A stretch of DNA of 13,316 nt from positions 1-13,316 of the forward strand of contig NW_021826292.1 in NCBI RefSeq assembly GCF_006345805.1, written 5' to 3'. Of this stretch, positions 1 to 7,016 are shown in pieces. The notes beneath the pieces were generated by a model, which was given only the letters and a program-made list of their open reading frames with translations, did no database searches and was not told the origin of the DNA. The position numbers and the translations under genes were made by a program. Numbering within the stretch: position 1 is the stretch's first letter; every line of letters begins with the position of its first letter. The stretch comes from Octopus sinensis. Its lineage: Eukaryota.

Positions 1-72
1 TGCTGCACCAGGATCCAGTCTGACTTGGCATGGTTTTCTACGGCTGGAGGCCCTTCATAACACCAGCCACTC
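1..72 (-). mobile_element. Fragment of RTE-type LINE 3' tail (window edge)
   Basis: ggcatggttttctacggctggaggcccttcataacaccagccact is similar to 7698-7742 and to the reverse complement of 4496-4530. Confidence 0.6.
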
Positions 73-131
73 TGCGCAGCAGAACTGAACCCTAGCTGAA
101 ACATTTACGACAAATAAATGTATTGGCTTAC

Positions 132-222
132 CTTTAAGACCCACATTGCCCACATTGCATTCTGGACTGATTCGTTGATACGCACAGCGTCTAAGATTGC
201 ATTGACCACATTTGGAAACCAA
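132..222 (-). CDS. GPR143: GPR143/OA1 orthologue, exon equivalent to human exon 7 (91 nt, phase 2 to 0), TM6-ECL3-TM7
   Basis: Acceptor ttattctttctttctctccatag| and donor AAG|gtaagc. Encodes (C)WFPNVVNAILDAVRINESVQNAMWAMWVLK, compared with recalled human CWLSNIINE...KTTWFIM. Same phases, 9 codons shorter. Confidence 0.9.
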
Positions 223-291
223 CTATGGAGAGAAAGAAAGAATAAATGATGAAGAAAGAAAGGATGAGGAGAGTTAAATTAATTGATTCAG

Positions 292-415
292 TGTATGTGT
301 ATGTATGTATGTATGTATGTATGTATGTATGAGTGTGTGTGTGTGTGTATGTGTGTATGTATGTATGTATGTGTGTGTGTGTGTGTATGTGTGTGTGTAT
401 GTATGTATGTATGTA

Positions 416-450
<35 letters not shown>

Positions 451-912
451 GTATGTATGTATGTATGTGTGTGTGTGTATGTGTGTGTGTATGTATGTAT
501 GTATGTGTGTGTATGTGTGTGTGTATGTATGTATGTGTGTGTGTGTGTATGTGTGTGTGTATGTATGTATGTATGTGTGTGTGTGTATGTGTGTGTGTAT
601 GTATGTATGTATGTTTGTATGTATGTATGTATGAGTGTGTGTGTGCATGTATGTATTTATGTATGTATGTATGTATGTATGGATGCATGGACGTGTGGAT
701 GTGTGTGTGTGTTTGTTTGTATGTATGTATGTATGTATGTATGTATGTATGAGCGTGTGTGTATGTATGTATGTTTGTATTTATGTATGTTTGTATGTAT
801 GTATGTATGCATGTGTGTGTATGTATGTATGTGTGTATGTATGTGTGTATGTGTGTATGTATGTATATAGGTATGTATGTATGTATGTATGTTTGTATGT
901 ATGTATGTATGT
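292..912. repeat. Compound (TATG)n/(TG)n microsatellite, about 620 bp
   Basis: Directly visible. Source of the HT/VCMY pseudo-ORFs. Confidence 0.97.
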
Positions 913-979
913 CATTATTCAGTTTAATTCTTCATCCTCCTCTCCCTCATCATTATTATTGTTGTTGTTATTGTTGTTG

Positions 980-1022
980 TTGAGTAAGAGAGTGGTGCAT
1001 GCCATCAAAGTGACACTGGAGT
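980..1022 (+). mobile_element. Short end-fragment of the repeat at 1119-1591, in inverted orientation
   Basis: 998-1019 catgccatcaaagtgacactgg is the exact reverse complement of 1552-1573, with flanking similarity. Confidence 0.75.
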
Positions 1023-1026
1023 TGAA

Positions 1027-1049
1027 ACCCCGAAAGGATGAAAGGCAAA
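1027..1049 (-). mobile_element. 23-bp fragment of the central domain of the SINE family at 7017-7590
   Basis: accccgaaaggatgaaaggcaaa is identical to a segment in each unit of the 7017-7548 array. Confidence 0.6.
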
Positions 1050-1118
1050 TAATAATAATAATAATAAATAACAGCAACAATAATAATAAAAGTGTTATCA
1101 TGTACATTTTTTTGTCTT

Positions 1119-1589
1119 GGTATAAAAGATGGCCTACAGCAAATATTCTGCTCAATACCACAGATTTGCTTGTCAGTTGTTTGACCGTAACCAGTTGAGC
1201 ATGTCCCTTAGTGGCTGACGATATGTGCATCTCTGATCACGAGCAGAAGTAGTGGGGGAGCATCATAGCCATGTGTTGAAAGGAATTTTTTAGAGGTTTG
1301 GATAATTCACCTTTGGACACATGGGTGGTTCGTTCAACATCCTTAAACAACCCTTAATGAAGGACCTTTTGAGCGGGATGGGCTACTCAACCTGAAGAAA
1401 ATTCTAACTGGGCCCCACCTGTAAGGTCATGTGCTGTTTATCTTGATATGAGATCACCATGTCGCGCACATATGGTTGTGATGCATGTGCCTGGTGTACC
1501 CTTATCAGACGGGTAGTCATGACGGGTATACTGGGCTTCGTATATTTTACCCCAGTGTCACTTTGATGGCATGAACTGCTCTCTCACTC

Positions 1590-1591
<2 letters not shown>
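1119..1591 (-). mobile_element. Unclassified interspersed repeat, about 470 bp, flanked by (AAT)n
   Basis: Higher-GC island between (AAT)n tracts, with its end duplicated at 980-1022. Resembles a repeat I recall from octopus DNA. Class and orientation not determined. Confidence 0.5.
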
Positions 1592-1649
<58 letters not shown>

Positions 1650-1669
1650 CAGCAACAATAATAATAATC

Positions 1670-1703
<34 letters not shown>

Positions 1704-1714
1704 TAACAACAATA
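1590..1714. repeat. (AAT)n/(AAC) microsatellite adjacent to the exon 6 donor
   Basis: Directly visible. Confidence 0.95.
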
Positions 1715-1725
1715 AAATTCATTAC

Positions 1726-1834
1726 CAGGCGATGAAGACGAAAATTATCATGGTAAATTTAACCTTAGCACTTTGAACAATGACCTGTTCCCGGACAGAG
1801 TAACGCCCATGCTGCTGTGTTACCAGGGATTTCA
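1726..1834 (-). CDS. GPR143: GPR143/OA1 orthologue, exon equivalent to human exon 6 (109 nt, phase 1 to 2), ICL3-TM6
   Basis: Acceptor tccttctttgtatctgtttcag| and donor TG|gtaatg. Encodes (V)KSLVTQQHGRYSVREQVIVQSAKVKFTMIIFVFIA(C), compared with recalled human [37 protein letters not shown]. Same length as recalled human exon 6 (109 nt). Confidence 0.93.
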
Positions 1835-2134
1835 CTGAAACAGATACAAAGAAGGACTTTGGTTAAATTTCGAAATCACGTGATGTAGTTTTATCCAACT
1901 ATTTCTTTTTGTGGGTTCATCTCACTAGGGAGAGATTGTTTCGTTTACTGTGCCCGCCTCCCGTTAATATAATGAGGTTAATGTTTGTTGTGGCTTTCAG
2001 AGTTAATTTTGACTCTTATTTTTAACAATCGCTGATGTTATTTCTGCATCTTTTATTTATTGGTTTTTGCTAGCAAGCCAGTTATTCTATAATGTGTTTA
2101 ATATATCTTAATATAACCTTATAATATCTTTCTG

Positions 2135-2177
<43 letters not shown>

Positions 2178-2204
2178 TATAGATATATACATATATACAT
2201 ATGT

Positions 2205-2250
<46 letters not shown>

Positions 2251-2535
2251 CATATATATTGTGTGTGTGTGTGTAATATATATATACATGCATATGCACA
2301 TATATATATATATATATATACTTACATATATACATATATATACTTACATACATATATATACAGACATACATACATATATGTATATATATATATACACATA
2401 CATATATATATACACATACATACGCATATGCATATATTTATATATATACATACATACATAAACACATACATACAAACATACATCCATACATGATATGTGT
2501 GTGTGTGTATGTGTGTATGTGTGTGTGTGTGTGTG
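2135..2535. repeat. Compound (TA)n/(CA)/(TG) microsatellite
   Basis: Directly visible. Confidence 0.95.
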
Positions 2536-2752
2536 TCTTTGTGTTTGTCTCCCACCACTGCTTGACAATTGGTGTTGGTGTGTTTACATCCTCATAACTT
2601 AGCACTTTGGCAAAAGAGTCCAATTGAACAAGTCCTAGGCTTAGCAAAAAAAAAAAAAAGATTAAGTCCTGGGGCCGAGTCATTCAACTAAAGATTTTTC
2701 AAGGTGATGCCCCAGCATGGCCGCAGTGTAACAACTGAAACAAGTAACAAGA
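2530..2752 (+). mobile_element. 3' half of a diverged CORE-type tRNA SINE
   Basis: Collinear with 3790-4002 and 8290-8520 (gcttgacaa..tggtgtgtttaca..ggcaaaagag..ccagcatggccgcagt..actgaaacaagtaa). Confidence 0.8.
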
Positions 2753-2809
2753 CAAAATATATAACAATGCTCCCATCCCCAAGTAAAGCCCTTAATCCTT
2801 AATCCTTAC

Positions 2810-2919
2810 CTTTTTTGGCAGTGTAGTAGAAGAAGAAGGGATTACAGACAATGACAAGTAGCATGGGAAGAAAGTAAGCCAGGTAGTTTGCTACTTCGTT
2901 AACATTTGGACCTCCGCAC
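2810..2919 (-). CDS. GPR143: GPR143/OA1 orthologue, exon equivalent to human exon 5 (110 nt, phase 2 to 1), ECL2-TM5
   Basis: Acceptor ccttttcttcttcttattgccag| and donor G|gtaagg. Encodes CGGPNVNEVANYLAYFLPMLLVIVCNPFFFYYTAKK, compared with recalled human [36 protein letters not shown]. Same length as recalled human exon 5 (110 nt). Confidence 0.95.
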
Positions 2920-3367
2920 CTGGCAATAAGAAGAAGAAAAGGAGAGAGATAAAAGATGTGGATTAATATAAGAATATTATTTAAAAGAGATTTATTGTTA
3001 TTATATAATGATTTGTGGTTAAATGCAAAGATGCATGCATGCATGCATATATATATACATATATGCAGACTTATGTATTTTCATTTTTATTACTATATGA
3101 TCAAATGCCACACATCCACTTCCAAGTACGTTTTATCAATATATATATATAAACCTCGCCAAGATAAATATTTAAACCACCTGATGAATGACTGTAACTT
3201 GAAAATTTAAAGAAATTAACAGCCATGAAACGATCGTAGTGATATATTAATTATATTTTTTTAATAATTTTGTTATATATTTAAATAATATAAATTAAAT
3301 AATCTTATGTATTGGCTTAAGTTTTTCATTGTATGATTTGCCTAATAGTGGTTTTGTCTCTAATTTA

Positions 3368-3410
<43 letters not shown>

Positions 3411-3412
<2 letters not shown>

Positions 3413-3660
3413 AGGCGCAATGGCCCAGTGGTTAGGGCAGTGGGTTGTGGTTGTAGGATCGCGGTTTCGATTCCTAGACCGAAAACAACTAAAACTCCAC
3501 GACGCTCTGGCAAGGGCTGGTGGCGATCCCTGCTGTACTCTTTTGCCACAGCTTTCTCTCACTCTTTCTACTGTTGGTCTGCTCGCTAAAACAATGTGAA
3601 GCACATTGCGACTAGCGATGTGTAGCAACATCTGATAGCCTGGTCAGTCACAGTGATATA
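3411..3660 (+). mobile_element. tRNA-derived SINE (second family, ggaggcgcaatggcccagtgg head)
   Basis: Pol III A-box-like tggcccagtgg at 3421-3431 and B-box-like ggtttcgattcc at 3463-3474. No tRNA acceptor stem, and a non-tRNA body follows. The 3' boundary is approximate. Confidence 0.75.
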
Positions 3661-3663
3661 TAT

Positions 3664-4002
3664 TGGCATCTTGGGCAAGTGTCTTCTGCTATAGCCCCGG
3701 GCCGACCAAAGCCTTGTGAGTAGATTTGGTAGACGGAAACTGAAAGAAGCCTGTCGTATATATGTATATATATGTATGTGTGTGTGTGTGCTTGTGTGTC
3801 TGTGTTTGTCTCCCTAGCATTGCTTGACAACCGATGCTGGTGTGTTTACATCCCCGTGACTTAGCGGTTCGGCAAAAGAGACCGATAGAATAAGTACTGG
3901 GCTTACAAAAAATAAGTCCCGGGGTCGAGTTGCTCGACTAAAGGCGGTGCTCCAGCATGGCCGCAGTCAAATGACTGAAACAAGTAAAAGAGTAAAAGAG
4001 TA
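3664..4002 (+). mobile_element. 5'-truncated CORE-type tRNA SINE with internal microsatellite and (AAGAGTA)n tail
   Basis: Highly similar to the reverse complement of 8731-9070. cttgggcaagtg resembles the MIR/CORE motif. CORE-SINEs are known in octopus (OR2 family), but the family name is not verified here. Confidence 0.85.
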
Positions 4003-4026
4003 TATATGTATGTATGTATGTATGTG

Positions 4027-4089
<63 letters not shown>

Positions 4090-4192
4090 CAACAATTGAG
4101 GGTAAAATTAATTAATTATTAATCAGTTTCACCAAGTGTTCAGTATGTAAAGGGACCATTATAGGCGAATTCAAAATATTACATTATATATA

Positions 4193-4403
4193 AGGGCTTA
4201 GTAAAATAAATTACTTTGCCACATACTGAACTCCTTAGAATAGCAGCTAAAGAAATTTCTTCAGCTATTTCTAATACTTAAAGAAGATCTCTCTCTATCT
4301 GAGAGAGATCTTCTTTAAGTATTAGAATAGCTGAAGAAATTTCTTTAGCTGCTATTTCTAATGAGTTCAGTATGTGGCAAAGTAATTTATTTTACTAAGC
4401 CCT
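4193..4403. repeat. Near-perfect 211-bp palindrome (about 103-bp arms, 5-nt loop)
   Basis: 4193-4295 pairs with 4301-4403 around the loop tatct (4296-4300). I see one mismatch and two 1-nt indels. Confidence 0.95.
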
Positions 4404-4409
4404 CTATAT

Positions 4410-4457
<48 letters not shown>

Positions 4458-4458
4458 C

Positions 4459-4635
4459 GATGGCACATGGAAAGTACCATGTACAGTCTGTAACATGGTT
4501 GGCATTAGGAAGGGCATCCATGCCAAAACAGCCTTGGAGTCTGGGAAGCCCTTCAGCTGGCCAGCTCTGGTCAAGCTGTGCAACCAATGCCAGCATGGAA
4601 AAGGGATGTTAAATGATGATGATGATGATGATGAT
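4459..4635 (+). mobile_element. RTE-type LINE 3' tail ending in (GAT)n
   Basis: tggttggcattaggaagggcatcc...caaccaatgccagcatggaaaagggatgttaaatgatgatgat. Homologous to 7590-7868 and 1-72. The RTE assignment is from recalled similarity. Confidence 0.65.
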
Positions 4636-4750
4636 GGTAATAATACAGACAGACACACAGACAGAACAAGAGGCTAAGAAAATAATTTAAATTCCTGAAA
4701 TAAAAAAAAGCAAACAGGCAACAGGAAAATATCCCGTAAGTAATACTTAC

Positions 4751-4843
4751 GTGCTGAGTGAGGGATAATAAATAGAAAATGACCCCGAAGCAGTCAAAAC
4801 AGCAGGGATGACTAGGTTGAAAAAGGGCCATAAAGATTTGAGC
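4751..4843 (-). CDS. GPR143: GPR143/OA1 orthologue, exon equivalent to human exon 4 (93 nt, phase 2 to 2), TM4
   Basis: Acceptor ttttctttctttttgtattccag| and donor |gtaagt. Encodes LKSLWPFFNLVIPAVLTASGSFSIYYPSLS(T), compared with recalled human ...EGAAMLYYPSVSR. Same length as recalled human exon 4 (93 nt). Confidence 0.92.
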
Positions 4844-4891
4844 CTGGAATACAAAAAGAAAGAAAATTTAAAAACACAAACGAACCAACAT

Positions 4892-5066
4892 AGGTACATG
4901 CATGGCTGTGTGGTTAAGAAGCTTGCTTTGGAATCCCATGGTTTTAGGTTCAATCCCACTGCATGACACTCTGGGCAAATGTCTTCTATTATAGCCCCCT
5001 CAGTGATCAATTCCTTATAAGTGAAATTCATCAACAGAAACTGTTGAAGCCCTTCATAATATATAT
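4892..5066 (+). mobile_element. Old CORE-type SINE, 5' half (tRNA head plus CORE)
   Basis: tggctgtgtggttaag (A box), ggttcaatccc (B box) and tgggcaaatgtcttctattatagccc are collinear with the reverse complement of 8990-9134. Confidence 0.75.
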
Positions 5067-5067
5067 A

Positions 5068-5459
5068 TACTTGCAGTATCGCCCGGCGTTGCTCGGGTTT
5101 GTAAGGGAAATAACTATAAAGCATTTTTAGAGAGTTATAGCAAAAAAATAGCAAAAAAATGGAAAAAAAAATGGGAAAAAATTATGGTAATTTTTTTTTT
5201 GAGAGTTAAAAAAGGTGGAGTTGCGTCCCCTAGACGGTCTGTGGTTTGTGTTTCTGATTCTCGACCCCATGTCGAATTTATCGATTTTTTTCAAAACTGG
5301 GGGAACTTTTCAAAGTTTTCCCTGCGTTAGTTTTGAATTATGACATTGGGCTATGTGTGTGTCAAGTTTCATCAGAATCGGTTGAAAGCCGTGGTCAGGG
5401 TGAGGGTACAACCTAACAGACACACAGAAACACGCACAGACAAACTGCCGTTTATATAT

Positions 5460-5465
<6 letters not shown>
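5068..5465 (+). mobile_element. Non-autonomous Helitron/Helentron-like element (DINE-1/Lep1-like architecture)
   Basis: 5' tacttgcagtatcg followed by the hairpin cccggcgttgctcggg. The 3' region caagtttcatcagaatcggtt...acagacaaactgccgtttatatatagagat matches the recalled end structure of such elements. Inserted in a (TA)n tract. Confidence 0.6.
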
Positions 5466-5498
<33 letters not shown>

Positions 5499-5642
5499 TG
5501 AGTGTATTTTTACCTTGTTAACAATTAACATGGAAAAAAAAACAAATAGTTACCAGGGCAGCAAAAATCTCACAAGTAAAGATGTTGTAACTCCGTGTTT
5601 ATAAAGGTAGAAACTTCGTGTTTACGTGGAATATTTTGAATA

Positions 5643-5953
5643 ATATATGAATACATAAATGGAGTTTAACGCAGGTGTAAATCAAATATTTTTACTTTTG
5701 ACACATGTTTCGAAAATTTCACTGATACTATTCAAAAGAATAAATGGTATAAACAATGCAATCTTCTCCTCAGGAAAGTGAAAAAAACGAAACTCGGCAA
5801 TAAGACATTTTAGCAAAAGATGATGGATTTGTATAGCGATTGACAGAACGCTATTAATATTGTTTAAAAAAACGTTATATGATATAACGTCATAAGTAGC
5901 TAACAGAAAGTAAAAATATTTGATTTACACCTGCGTTAAACTCCATTTATTTA

Positions 5954-5962
<9 letters not shown>
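5643..5962. repeat. 56-bp inverted repeat pair (5643-5698 and 5907-5962) enclosing the hammerhead
   Basis: atatatgaatacataaatggagtttaacgcaggtgtaaatcaaatatttttacttt matches the reverse complement of 5907-5962 with one mismatch. Confidence 0.92.
5689..5785 (-). ncRNA. Type I minimal hammerhead ribozyme motif (Penelope-like-element type)
   Basis: Minus strand: stem I 5' strand uuuucacuuuc; core CUGAGGA (5773-5767); stem II GAAGAUU/AAUUUUC closed by G-C and extended into a long hairpin; GAAA (5711-5708); stem III C-AUGU-G with a palindromic loop; GUC cleavage triplet (cut between 5700 and 5699); stem I 3' strand AAAAGUAAAAA. Stem I pairs at 9 of 11 positions. Confidence 0.7.
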
Positions 5963-5986
<24 letters not shown>

Positions 5987-5989
<3 letters not shown>

Positions 5990-6200
5990 TAAAAACAGTA
6001 AGATAACAAAAGAAAGAAAGAGACCTCAATATTATGTAAATAGAGGAATTTATCTGTAAATGTAATATGTGACAATTATTCAATAGCCAAGATAAAATTA
6101 TTGAGTTTCGGATGCTGAGGTGGAAATCCACGCCACCATCTCTTCAGTTATCTGGCCATCGGAAAAACGCTATGAAAAATGACCGTTATACAAAGGTAAA
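5987..6200 (-). mobile_element. Probable Penelope-like repeat fragment with a degenerate hammerhead-like motif (6086-6156)
   Basis: Minus strand: gccagauaa-CUGAAGA-gaug..gugg/ccac..cauc-c-GAAA-cucaauaauu-uuaucuuggc. Stem I pairs well, but stem III is disrupted. Boundaries are approximate. Confidence 0.45.
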
Positions 6201-6525
6201 TTACTGTGTTATTGACCACTATTTAGACAGAAGAGGTATTCGAATGACCGCTAATTAAGGTAAGGGGGTAAAAAGTTCATAGTATTTGCGTAAGCGAGCC
6301 TGTTCATACCTACACATGTGCGCCTGCACACCCACGTGTGTATGCATACATTCATCCACCCTCACTAGAAAAATGTACACATCTTCGCTTGCATCCTTCG
6401 CCAAATGTATATGCATATATATACAAACCCACACAGTGTGTGTGTATGTTCATCAGTGAGTACATGTGTGTGTGTGTATGTGTGTTGGGAGCATATGATG
6501 CAAGAAACAGTTTGGCAGGGAGAGG

Positions 6526-6806
6526 GTGCTAGAGATGAAAAAAGAGAGAGGGAGGGAGGGAGGGAGAGAGAAAAGAGAACAAGAGAAAAGGAATGAGAGT
6601 AATGAGAGAGGGAGGGAGGGGGAGAGAAAAGAGAGCAAGAGAAAAGGAATGAGAGGAAAGAGAGAGGGAGGGAGAGAGGGAGAGAGAAAAGAGAGCAAGA
6701 GAAAAGGAATGAGCGGAAAGAGAGAGAGGGAGAGAGGAAGGGAGGGAGAGAGAGAGAAAAGAGAGCAAGAGAAAAGGAATGAGAGTAAAGAGAGAGGGAG
6801 GGAGAA
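6526..6806. repeat. Purine-rich minisatellite, 4 full units of 56-69 bp
   Basis: Core caagagaaaaggaatgag at 6580, 6636, 6697 and 6766, separated by variable GGGA/GA runs. Confidence 0.9.
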
Positions 6807-6863
6807 AGTGATGGATAGTAATTGAGGTGGACAATTGGGGTCTAAAAGATAAAAATGACTTAC

Positions 6864-6952
6864 CTGGGTTTACTGTGGGTTGCCAGGAGTATATCGAGGG
6901 CATAGGTGAAGTTCCACATGTAGGAACTGATGCAGTGAAATTCTATCCAGAC
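6864..6952 (-). CDS. GPR143: GPR143/OA1 orthologue, exon equivalent to human exon 3 (89 nt, phase 0 to 2), TM3
   Basis: Acceptor tatttttctctttaag| and donor AG|gtaagt. Encodes VWIEFHCISSYMWNFTYALDILLATHSKP(R), compared with recalled human [24 protein letters not shown]. Confidence 0.92.
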
Positions 6953-7016
6953 CTTAAAGAGAAAAATACATAATCATCATCATTATCAGCATCGTCATCG
7001 TTGTCGTCGTCATCAT

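Noticed and set aside
132-222. Opsin call based on the TM7 lysine
   Set aside because: All exons match GPR143 rather than opsins, and the Lys is about two positions off the retinal-binding site.
191-1230. Long ORFs rich in HT, VCMY or polyN
   Set aside because: They are translations of (TATG)/(TG)/(AAT) microsatellites with no coding character.
1392-1398. CTGAAGA motifs here and at 4331-4337
   Set aside because: No properly placed GAAA or helices follow.
2788-2809. (TAAGGAT) tandem after the exon 5 donor as alternative donors
   Set aside because: The repeats lack GT, so they create no new splice sites.
2799-3044. ORF 2799-3044 (and 4747-5154) as stand-alone genes
   Set aside because: Only the splice-bounded parts (2810-2919 and 4751-4843) are coding. 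The rest is intron read-through.
3181-3204. CTGATGA...GAAA hammerhead-like core
   Set aside because: There is no credible stem II, and no stem III or stem I pairing with an NUH site.
3411-3480. tRNA gene (also considered at 9073-9134 and 11454-11522)
   Set aside because: Only A and B boxes are retained. There is no cloverleaf or acceptor stem, and SINE bodies follow.
6526-6903. Charged (E/R/K) and S/L/P-rich ORFs
   Set aside because: They are translations of the purine minisatellite.
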